Below, piece after piece: positions 30,801 through 39,300 of a stretch of 64,000 bases of DNA. The notes beneath the pieces are model-generated. The model made no database searches and was not told where the DNA came from. It saw nothing but the letters and a program-made list of their open reading frames with translations. Position numbers and translations under genes: made by a program. Origin of the DNA: Myxococcota bacterium (GTDB taxonomy: Bacteria; Myxococcota_A; SURF-8); assembly GCA_963674735.2 (NCBI GenBank), contig CAXXQS010000001.1, forward strand, positions 96,001 to 160,000, read 5' to 3'. Each line of letters opens with the position of its first letter. Position 1 is the stretch's first letter.

Positions 30801-32263
30801 CCCACCCCCACGTCGCCGAACTGCAGGACGGTCGGGCTGACGGTCAGGTTGGAGATGGCGCCTTCCCCGCGAATGGCGATATCGCGGTCGGGGAAAAACA
30901 GGTCGTTGCTGTTGACACGCAGTTGGGTGCTTTCGATGCCGAGTTGGGCGGTGGGAGCGTAGCGGATCATCAGTTCGAGGTAGTCGCCGACCGCCAACGT
31001 CTGTCCTTCGGCGGGCAGTGCGGGGGGATTCAGCAACGAGAAGGGACCGTCGGTTTCGTCCAGCATGAAGCCCGATATCGTGACCGGCGATTCGCCGCAG
31101 GCCTCCAACTGCACCGGCCGTAGGCTTTCCGTGCCCACTTTGACGGTGCCGAATTGAACGGGATCGGGATTGATGCAGAGTGTGCGCGCGGCACCGTAGC
31201 CGCTGAGTGCCACCGAAAGAGTCTGATCGGCTTCGTCCTGGCTGTCGCTCTGGATGGTCAGGGTGTCGGCGGTTTCACCCCAGCGTTGGGGCGAAAAGAT
31301 CACCGCCACAATCCGGCTTTGATTGGGAGCGATTGAAAAAGGCGGTTGAGGCGACGAAGGGGTCAAGCTGAAATCGCCGCCGGATGTTCCGACGATGTCC
31401 AGATCGTAGACGGTCAACAGGCGGTTGTCATCGCTGGAGCCGGGCCGGTTACGAATGACGATCTGCAGGGGGGCCGATTCCGCTCCCACTTCGGTGGTGT
31501 CGAATTCAAGGGCCGCCGGATCGGTTTCGATGTTGGCCACACCTTTATAATCGCTGTCGAGCAGGACTTCGGCCACACGCAGGGTGGGGTCGTTGGAATA
31601 GACCAGCAGGCTGGCCTGGTCGTCGCCACCATCGCTGGGCGAGTAGGTGATACGCACATCCTGCGACTCGCCGGGGCGGATGCGCAAGGTGTCGCCGGGG
31701 GTGAGATCGATCAGAAATTCCTCGGCGTGATCGACCACGTGCAGATCGTATACTTCCAGGATCAGATTACCTGCGTTGCCGATGGTGAGGGATCGCTCGG
31801 AGCTCTGGCCAAGGACCACCGCACCGAAACTCACCCGTTCGGGCAACTGGATCTCGGCGTGCGGGACACCGTCGCCATCCACCTCGCGGTCGATGGGGAA
31901 TTCGCAATCCGTATCTTCTTCGCGCTGCAGCCAGCAGGTGCTGAATTCGTCGCAACGTCGCAACTCGGCGCATTCCAGCAGGGGTCGTGTGATACAGGTT
32001 TCAGGCAGGCTTTCGCAAACGCCGCGACAGTCGATGAGATCTTCCTCGGCGATACCGCCGCTTTCGTCGCATTCGTATAGGCGTTCACAAAAAGCGAAGC
32101 ACAAGAGGGTTAGTTCGTCCACGTCCGCATCGCCATCGGTGAGAGCGGGCTGATCGGCATCGCCGGAGTCCGTTTCGGATGAGCCGCCCCCGCAAGACGC
32201 AAGCAGGAGCACCGTCAACCCGAGCAGCCAGAAGAGAGTCCAACCGTTTCGAAGGCTGCGCAT
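27887..32263 (-). CDS. Large surface lipoprotein: ASH/choice-of-anchor D domains, nine MopE-like Cys/Asp repeats and a DUF5648-like C-terminus
   Basis: Lipobox LASC from the ATG at 32263; about six FG-x-V Ig-like units; nine E-x-C-D-G-x-D-N-D-C-D-G-x-x-D-E-type repeats; C-terminal VYRF...PLYQMVN...DHIYTT...GYIFE. Confidence 0.85.
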   Translation of the reverse strand: MRSLRNGWTLFWLLGLTVLLLASCGGGSSETDSGDADQPALTDGDADVDELTLLCFAFCERLYECDESGGIAEEDLIDCRGVCESLPETCITRPLLECAELRRCDEFSTCWLQREEDTDCEFPIDREVDGDGVPHAEIQLPERVSFGAVVLGQSSERSLTIGNAGNLILEVYDLHVVDHAEEFLIDLTPGDTLRIRPGESQDVRITYSPSDGGDDQASLLVYSNDPTLRVAEVLLDSDYKGVANIETDPAALEFDTTEVGAESAPLQIVIRNRPGSSDDNRLLTVYDLDIVGTSGGDFSLTPSSPQPPFSIAPNQSRIVAVIFSPQRWGETADTLTIQSDSQDEADQTLSVALSGYGAARTLCINPDPVQFGTVKVGTESLRPVQLEACGESPVTISGFMLDETDGPFSLLNPPALPAEGQTLAVGDYLELMIRYAPTAQLGIESTQLRVNSNDLFFPDRDIAIRGEGAISNLTVSPTVLQFGDVGVGESPELNVTLRNAGGWPVDVLEADFAMADSPYRIVDEAGLFPFTLAGGGGERQFTLAFEPEEEGSIIDRLIIESDNSAGSVELGLSGRGTAATLEISETDALTFGDVQLGSSKTITLTVTNTGRAALTLEELGITQGSSSFSVDPTAVADPLPWNSSLDLDIVFTPDSTGTIDGLFYLDSNDTRPEWRHVEVSLTGTGIDPVLDISPATPYEFESTFIGGSRGPVVLTVKNSGEGPLLLSSISPDPGFASAFLAVLPETPLPALLRPFDSSGDHYDILVSFVPSSADDFEETLRIESNDLDRSPFVFTLRGEAQACPSGFYNCDDNPNDCETPCSGHPNDDEICNGLDDNCNCAVDEGFILGEFCQGEGQCPVGVTECNSTDPGELLCSTNPGGSEYVANAEACNNLDEDCDGLTDEDFSVGESCNGVGECGSGVYECRNAFAARCSTDRGGSQDQSQDELCDNLDNDCDGLTDETFGLGLTCSGEGVCRDGVWECASETTVRCSTLPDGSEYDGAPEVCDGNDNDCDGSVDEDWQIGQPCDGVGDCGIGLWECASLNSRRCSTDIGGSNSQSRPELCDGSDNDCDSAIDEDFQIDEPCTGTGECGSGLWECASLVARLCSSDPGGSTHVARQELCDGLDNDCDGFTDENFGIGGLCVGEGVCGTGMLECANEFSTRCSTEEGGSEYEGSPEQCDDLDNDCDGSTDEDFPLGAACDGVGACGVGVYECDGMGDDRCSTDIGGSAYDGSHELCDGTDNNCDGAVDEGYGVNPPEICNGTGACATAEGIWLCTAEGGHICSVNEPEHPTYSGNDETCDGQDNDCDGQTDEICRTNVYRFEREVIPGFDLDHRLSADPSPPSGFTLDTAAAPLVLYTEAQPGLAAFVELTNTTTTDTVYSANAQTISDYLALGYIQGPILGYLALTSGDPESTPLYQMVNPDLTDHIYTTSDLELSQLSSNGYIFEDVVGWVWE

Positions 32264-32391
32264 GTCCGTTCCTTTCCGTAACCGCATGACGAGTGCGGGG
32301 AGGTTGACGCGAATCATGGAAATCCGTCGAGTCAATCAATAGAGCCTTTTCGCGAGCGGTCCCATCCGGAAAATCCGGGGCGTCCCACCAT

Positions 32392-32417
32392 AAAAAAAGG
32401 CCGGGACAGCCCGGCCC
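32392..32417 (-). terminator. Rho-independent terminator after the LPP20 gene
   Basis: Minus strand GGCCGGG-CTGT-CCCGGCC-TTTTTTT. Confidence 0.85.
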
Positions 32418-32441
32418 TAGCTGACAGTTCCTCTCGCTCGC

Positions 32442-33056
32442 TTACTGCTTCGCCGCCCGTTCTTTGGCGATTTCGGCGTCGAGTTCCTTGAACTTCGCGT
32501 CGGCGCGCTCGACCACCGCCTTGCGGACGCTTTCCGATAACTGGGTCATATTATCCACGATTTCCTTGAATTTTTCAACATCCAAGGCCATGAGCACATA
32601 ATAGGTGCCGCTGTCGGAAATCCAGGTGGCCGTGTTCTCGGTGCCGGAGAGCGACATGTCGGTAACCTGTTTGGCTACGTCCACCACGTGCTGTTCGTCC
32701 GAAGCCGCCTTGCCGAACTGTTCCCCGCCGGTGGTAGTGGCTTGGTAGTCCTCCAACATGCTTTTAATCTGGACCTGCAACGCACGGGCGATGGCGGTGC
32801 GGCCGCGTCCTTCGGCGGCGGATTTGGCCAGTCCGATGTTGCGGGTGGAACCCATCGAGCCGACGCCGCAGATCTTGACGTCGTCTTTATCTTTCCAGAA
32901 CGACGAGCAGTTCGTCACCCAGTCGGGTGCACCTTTGAGTTCGTTCTTGATGGCGTTTCCGGGCGGATCTTTCGGTTTGCCTGCACAGCCGCCGAGTATG
33001 AGCGCCAGCGTCGCCGCTAACACCACCAGCCACGAAATCTTTTGCGATTTCCGCAT
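32442..33056 (-). CDS. LPP20-family lipoprotein
   Basis: Lipobox LGGC; GAPDWV, CGVGS, AEGRGRTAIA, ADAKFKELD. Confidence 0.8.
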   Translation of the reverse strand: MRKSQKISWLVVLAATLALILGGCAGKPKDPPGNAIKNELKGAPDWVTNCSSFWKDKDDVKICGVGSMGSTRNIGLAKSAAEGRGRTAIARALQVQIKSMLEDYQATTTGGEQFGKAASDEQHVVDVAKQVTDMSLSGTENTATWISDSGTYYVLMALDVEKFKEIVDNMTQLSESVRKAVVERADAKFKELDAEIAKERAAKQ

Positions 33057-33449
33057 TGTTTCCTCTCCTTATAATCTGTTCCGTCATGAGGATGCCGATG
33101 TCGACCGGCACCGTATTCGTCATGTTGCGTCTTTTAATATTGGTAGCACTGTCGCCGCTAAATTGCAAGGCGTCCGATGACTCACCGCTCGGTTCTCCCT
33201 GCGGCTTCTATTTTAGGAAACACCGCAGCGGTTTGGAATTGTCACCGCTTTCCATACCGCCCGGGGTTTCCGGGTGTCTCCGGTGGTAGACTAGGATAAA
33301 GGTTCACTGATTTCAGACTGTTGTGCTCCTGTGCTTGATCCCGTTGTGTCGCCGCGCCTTTTGGGTTACATTGCAGACGATTCGATTTTTCTTATTCTTT
33401 GATGAAACCCGGTGTTCGAGTGGTCGGCGGACACGGAAGCGAGAGAGCC

Positions 33450-34928
33450 ATGTTGGACTGCTGGTTTTTGATCCCTCCCTGCGAGCCTTTTTACAGTATG
33501 GTCGAACTGAGTCTGCCCCAAATGACCGCCTATTTGCGCGGGGCTGGTCGGAAGGTGGCTCAACGCGACCTCAACCAGACCTTTTTACACGAGAAGGTCA
33601 ATGGCGCGGGTTACGACATGCGCCGCTTTGCGGGAGTCGACGCTTTCCCGGCTAATTACCAACTCGATGCCATGGCGCTGGCGGCGCAAAAGCCGCATGC
33701 CTTGTACGAGGATTTCTTCGAGCGCCATTTCCTCGGCGATTTTCGGGAGAATCCGGCGCGTGTACTGGGGTTATCGGTGATCGGCAGTGGGCAGGTGTTG
33801 CCCAGCCTGATTCTGGCGAGGTTGGTCAAAGCCGAATTTCCCGATACGCGCGTGGTTTTAGGCGGTCCCTGGGTGACCACCGGGCGCGACCTGCTGCCGG
33901 AGTTCCTGACGGCCATGCCCATGATCGATGGAGCGGTGGCTTTTCGCGGCGAAGAGGCGCTGGCGACTTTGTTTTCGGCGTTGGACGGCCAAGCAGACTG
34001 GGGCGACATTCCCAATCTGACCTGGCGTAACGGAAATGAGGTGCAGGTCAACGCCATCGAGTCGGGTATTCCGCTCACCGGCTTGCCGCTTCCCGATTTC
34101 AAGGGACTGGATCTCGATGTTTTCCAAACTCAGGCTTTGCCTGTGATGAGTTGTCTGGGCTGCTATTGGGGAAAATGTACGTTTTGCCACCACCATGTGC
34201 GCTGGCCCACGCTTTTTCAGCGGACGGGGGCGGATGTGGTGGATATGATGGAGCAGATGCTGCCGCGTTACGGACGCAAGCGCTTTATCATGGCCGAAAA
34301 CGCGACTCCCCCCGCGCTGATGTGCGAGATGGCCGACGAGATTATCAGGCGTGAGCTCGATGTCGAGTGGGTGACGATGACGCGCGCCGAAACGGCGTTT
34401 ACCGAGGAAGTCTGCCGCAAACTCTACGAGAGCGGCTGCCGCTACCTGTGGGTGGGGCTGGAATCGTCCAGCGAAGAACTGCTGGTGAAAACCCGCAAAG
34501 GTGTGACGTTGGGGATGATGGAAAGCATGATGCGCAACTGTACGGCGGCGGGCATCAAGCTGATTCTGTTCATCGTGGATTTGCCGGGTTTCCCGGCCGA
34601 GGTGTTCAGCGGCACCCTGAAATGGCTGCTCGACCGCGCGGATATCTTTTACCAGGTGTTGGCCCAGCGCTTTCAACTGGCACGCGACAGCCACGTTTTT
34701 CACGACCCGGAGCTATTGGGTTTGCGGATTGCACCGGAGGCTTACACCAGCCTGGACGTCTACAACCTGCCTTTCGAAGGGGTTTTCGCGCGCAGCGAGG
34801 ATCGGTTCTGGCAGGAAGTTCGTCAGTTCGAAATGGATCTCGGCGCGCGGCGTGGGTACCCGACCCCGCATATGTTATTCTGGCCGGAAGCGGAAAATGA
34901 AGGTCCCAAGGGCTGGATACGCATTTGA
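33450..34928 (+). CDS. Cobalamin-binding radical SAM protein
   Basis: B12-binding-type N-terminus (AYLR...DLN, LGLSV, VLGGP, GEEAL); CYWGKCTFC [4Fe-4S] motif; GCRYLWVGLES...KG. Confidence 0.85.
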   Translation: MLDCWFLIPPCEPFYSMVELSLPQMTAYLRGAGRKVAQRDLNQTFLHEKVNGAGYDMRRFAGVDAFPANYQLDAMALAAQKPHALYEDFFERHFLGDFRENPARVLGLSVIGSGQVLPSLILARLVKAEFPDTRVVLGGPWVTTGRDLLPEFLTAMPMIDGAVAFRGEEALATLFSALDGQADWGDIPNLTWRNGNEVQVNAIESGIPLTGLPLPDFKGLDLDVFQTQALPVMSCLGCYWGKCTFCHHHVRWPTLFQRTGADVVDMMEQMLPRYGRKRFIMAENATPPALMCEMADEIIRRELDVEWVTMTRAETAFTEEVCRKLYESGCRYLWVGLESSSEELLVKTRKGVTLGMMESMMRNCTAAGIKLILFIVDLPGFPAEVFSGTLKWLLDRADIFYQVLAQRFQLARDSHVFHDPELLGLRIAPEAYTSLDVYNLPFEGVFARSEDRFWQEVRQFEMDLGARRGYPTPHMLFWPEAENEGPKGWIRI

Positions 34929-35001
34929 TATTGATTGTGTGAGTGGTTCCCTCGGAATGCATATTCGGGGGGTGGATGTTGGGTTGAGAAAGGACGGACT
35001 T

Positions 35002-36021
35002 ATGAAGAAGTGGCAGTGGGTATGGATGCTGGGGTTGTGTGTGGCGCTTTGGGCGACGGGTTGCGGATCGGATGACGCGGATACCGATGGCGATGTGGAC
35101 GGCGATTCGGATGGCGAACAAGCCGTTGCGGGGCTTGAATTGATCGGACTGGACGGCTCGACCGACTCGCTCGACTGGGACGCCTTGCAGGAACTGGACG
35201 CCACGGAAGGTCATGGCGGCTGGTTGACCAGCGTCGGGACGATCGTGGGACCGAACGTCTGGAAGGGCGTGTCCGTTGCGGATCTGTGCGACCGCGTGGG
35301 CGGTCTGCCGCAGGGGGCCGGGGTGAAAATCACTGCCAGCGACGACTACGCCATGACGCTTTCGTCCGACCAACTGCTAAACGGTGCGCTGCCGACCTTC
35401 GATCCCGAGTCGGGTGACAGCCTCGACTACGCCGGGGAACTGACCGCCATCATTGCGTATGAACGTGAGGGTGGAGCGATCGGCGACGACGACGGCGGCC
35501 CGCTGCGACTGGCTTTCGTGAGTTCCGAGGCGGATCAGCTGACCGACGGGCACTGGTGGATCAAAATGGTGGCGAAAATCGAAATCCTCGAAATGGGGAG
35601 CGACTGGACGCTCGATCTGGAGGGCGCGCGTGACGAAACGATGGACCGCGCCACCTTCGAGTCGGGGGCGGCGATGGGCTGTCACGGCTACACCTGGACC
35701 GACAGCCACGCCAACGTGTGGAGCGGCATTCCCCTGTGGCTGCTGGTGGGGCGGGTGGACGACGACAACGTGCATGACGAGGAGGCCTACAACCGCGACC
35801 TGGCCGCGCAGGGTTACAGTGTGCGGGTGGTCGGCGACGGGGCGGAAGTCGCGTTCGAAAGCGGTCGGCTTACCGAGAACGACGACATCCTGCTGGCCTA
35901 TCTGATCAACGACGTTCCGCTGGAGGGCGACGAGGCCCCGTTGAAACTGGTGGGTGCCGATCTCGACGCCGACGAGATGCTCGGCGGCATTACGCGCGTC
36001 GTGTTGGAGCTGCCGGAGTAG
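35002..36021 (+). CDS. Lipoprotein with two molybdopterin-oxidoreductase-like domains
   Basis: Lipobox ATGC plus DGD run; WKGVSV, ITASDDY, IIAYE, GGPLRL, WIKMVAKIE, and a second similar unit (WSGIPL...LLAY...PLKLVG). Confidence 0.7.
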   Translation: MKKWQWVWMLGLCVALWATGCGSDDADTDGDVDGDSDGEQAVAGLELIGLDGSTDSLDWDALQELDATEGHGGWLTSVGTIVGPNVWKGVSVADLCDRVGGLPQGAGVKITASDDYAMTLSSDQLLNGALPTFDPESGDSLDYAGELTAIIAYEREGGAIGDDDGGPLRLAFVSSEADQLTDGHWWIKMVAKIEILEMGSDWTLDLEGARDETMDRATFESGAAMGCHGYTWTDSHANVWSGIPLWLLVGRVDDDNVHDEEAYNRDLAAQGYSVRVVGDGAEVAFESGRLTENDDILLAYLINDVPLEGDEAPLKLVGADLDADEMLGGITRVVLELPE

Positions 36022-36052
36022 GGCCGTATTTCGACGCATGATTTGGAGATGA

Positions 36053-36078
36053 AGCCGGGTTCGCGCCCGGCTTTTTTT
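36053..36078 (+). terminator. Rho-independent terminator
   Basis: AGCCGGG-TTCGCG-CCCGGCT followed by a T run. Confidence 0.85.
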
Positions 36079-36135
36079 GCGGGTTGGGGAAAGCCTTGCC
36101 CGGATCGGAATGCTTCGAAAGCAACAGACTTTTAA

Positions 36136-36165
36136 TTGACTAATTCGCCGGTCGTTTGATATGAT
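36136..36165 (+). promoter_or_regulatory. Sigma70-like promoter upstream of the cyclase-CHAT-STAND-TPR gene
   Basis: TTGACT-N18-TATGAT with an extended -10 TG. Confidence 0.55.
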
Positions 36166-36315
36166 ACACGCCTGGGTGTTCAACGCGATAAACGTCACGA
36201 GTAAATTCCGGGGAGAGAACGATTGGCCGACGCGCAGCTTGCGGTGTGTCCCCGATAAGTTGGGGATGGCTTTCGAGAAGGCGGCGCGGCGGTCGGCTTT
36301 GGATAGTGGGGTTGA

Positions 36316-39300
36316 ATGATGCAAGTGACTCATGTGCCTGTTCTGCTGGTTGACGTCGAGGGATTCACCACGCATAGCGTGCCCGAGCGACGCACGATCC
36401 TGCGGCGTTTGCAGGAAAAGCTCACCGACTGCGCGCGCTTTTTCATGCCGCTCGGAGATCCCTGGGATAAATGGACCCGCCACGGAACCGGCGACGGCTA
36501 TTACTTCATTTTCGATGGGCTCGGAAAAGACGCCGCGCTGGTGGCGATGGAATACGCACGTCGGCTGGAGGAGGCGTTTTTCCGCTACAACGCCGAGGAG
36601 GCCGAGGGCCTTCCGCTTCGCTTGCGTATGGGGATCGTGCTCGGCGACGTGGAAACGGTGGACGACCAGTTTAACAGTGAAGTGATGTGCGATGCCGCGC
36701 GCTTCGTGGACGATCCCGAGTTCAAAAACTACTTCGCTGGTTTGAGCACGGCCACCGGCCTGATCGTCTCGCAGCATTTCTACTCCGAATGGCGGGAGGC
36801 CGCTCGCAAGGATAAGCAGGAAATCTTTGCCGCGTCCCGCGATCTGAGCTTTTCGCCCGTGCGCATCGTAGACAAACATGGGCGGCCCTACGAGGGGCGG
36901 GTGCTGGGTTCGGGCTGGACGGCCGAACCGGCGCGCGAAGAGGTGAAGCCGCGCTTGAAAATTTTGATGTTGATCGGCTGTTCGGTCGAGGAACGCTTGC
37001 CCGAAGCGATTGAGATGGCTCGCGAAGCCGCCTCCGAGTGGATGGCGTCGGGCCTGCATGTGGACGTGCGTGTCGATCAGGCGTCGGTGGCGGCGATCCG
37101 GCGCGAGGCCAAACGCGAACCCGACTGGCTGTTTTTCTACGGCCACGGCAGCGAAGACGGCCGCCTGCAGTTCGCCGATGGACTCAAGTCGTATGAGGAA
37201 ATCGGCCAGCACGACACCTTCTGGAAGCGGCTCAAGCTGGCGGTGGTCTTCGCCTGTCACGGTCGCCAGTTTGCCGAAAATCTGCCGGGTCCCTGGCTGG
37301 CTTTCGACGGTCCCGTCTGGCGTGAGGCTCCCAAGGGCTTGATGCGCGTACTGGTTGAGCAGCTCGCGTCGAAACCGGTCGGCGAGGCGCTGAAACCGGC
37401 TCTCGCGGCCTGTCGCGAGGAAATGACCTCCGATTTCGTCGATCTGCTTCGCCGTTCGGACGAGCAGGAGCCTGCGATTCCCTTGCCCTCCGAGATTGTG
37501 CCGAAAGGCGAGCCGATCATCACGCGATTGAATGCCGGGATCGCCGGGCACGCCAACGTGGAGTTCAAAATCGGCTCGGTCACCTATCCCGCCCACGATC
37601 CGTTTGTGGGGCGCGTGGCCATGCTCAAAAAGATGCTGGAGCTGCCCGGAGGCGCGAAGGACGTCAGCGACCGCAACGTGCGCTGGCTGTGCGGCCGGGG
37701 CGGCTTGGGGAAGACGGCGCTCATGCAGGAGGCGGCGCTGTGCGCGCAAAATCTCGTTTTTCACGAGGACGGCGAGCCGCTGTACGTCTTCCTGATGAGC
37801 TGTCATGAAATCACCGAGCTGAAGCAGTTAAACGAAGAGCTGGGCCGTCGCCTGGCCGGGCATTACGGATTGGATCTCCCGGAGCCCAGTGTCGATGCCG
37901 TGCTCAAGGAGCTCGGCAAGCAGCCGAAGGCGCGCCACTTGTGGCTTTTGGACGACCTGACCTACATCACTCCGCGCCGCGATCAAAAGGACGACGCCAC
38001 CCGTTTTGTGGACGATCTGAAGTTTCGGGCTGGTAACGCCGCCTTGACGCTGGCCTTGCGTGTGAGTACGCGGCAGGACGCCCCCGCGCACCTCGGGCCA
38101 CTGCCTATCGCGCCGCTCGATCCCCTGGATGCGCGGGAGCTGGCCGAATGCGTGTATCGGCGCTCGGCACAAACGTCTCCCGATCGTCAGCCGGATTACG
38201 CGGGTGCGCTCAAGCTGTTTCATCTGGTGGGGCAATCGACCGCGCTCTACAAGCTGTCGCTGATTCTGGCGGCGGACAACCAACGCAGCTTCGGCGAGCA
38301 TGCCAAGCGCTTGTCCGAGCAGGGCTCGCTTGAAGGTATGGACATCGAAGAGCTGGCCGCGAAGATGATCCAAGTGGAAGTCGAGTCGCTGGGCGCGATG
38401 GAGCAGCGCCTGCAATTCGATTTTAAGGCCTTCATGCCGTGTTTGTACGACATCATCCTGCGTGCGGGCTCCATCAAAATTGTCGATGCCGACGAATGGG
38501 AAACCGACCTGGAAAACTGGTTCGGCGACCGCCTGAACCGCTCCGGCCAGGCCAATGGAACCCGCCGGGTATACCGCAATGGTTTGGAGTATCTAGTGCG
38601 CCTGGGCTTGTTGGCGCTGGAGGCGCGTCCGCATGCCGATCCCGCCTACACTCTGCCGCCTAATCAACGCCTGGCCATCAAGGCCTTGCGTCAATGCCGC
38701 GATGAAGCCGTTCAGAGCATGCCCTGGCGGGCTCTCAAATCACGTTCGCTTCTGCTTTTTGAGCAAGCGATGGCAAATCCAGAACTGGCTTTAGCCGAAG
38801 TTGAGCAAGAATACAACGAATATGAGCCGTATTTCGATGAGGATCCAACGACGGCGTTAGCTGTTATTGATCATTTCATAGATGTGGGGATATACGGCGA
38901 TTTTAAAGAAAAACCAGAGCTTGAATGCGATGTGTATGACACAGCAATAAATCATTTTGAAAGACGTGAAGAAGTCCCTGTTAAAAAAATGGTTATTAAG
39001 GCACTTAATCGAAAAGGGCGATGGCTCAATGAAAATAAACGCCCGGAGGAAGCCGTTCAAGTTCACGATGAGGTACTACGGAGAATTGATGAACTGGAGA
39101 AAGACGGTTTATTGGCGGATTCACAGGTAGAACCGCCAGAGAAAGGTCGTGATTCTGATGATGTGGATTCCTTGATCGCCCTGTTGGATGAGCCTTCATT
39201 GAGTACTTCCGAGATTGCTGAAGCAAAGCTGCATGAGATGGCAAGTTCTTCACTTCTTGGAAAAGGACTAGCCTACGATAAGCTGAAAGATTATGAAAAT

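Noticed and set aside
33057-33449. Possible cobalamin riboswitch upstream of the B12 radical SAM gene
   Set aside because: I could not find the conserved B12-box elements by eye; an Infernal scan would be needed.
35377-37806. 809-aa minus-strand ORF; similarly 2464..4068, 17826..18923, 42692..43747, 46812..48062 and 56810..57838
   Set aside because: Each lies antisense to a gene with clear motifs; long shadow ORFs are expected in GC-rich DNA and these have no recognisable motifs.
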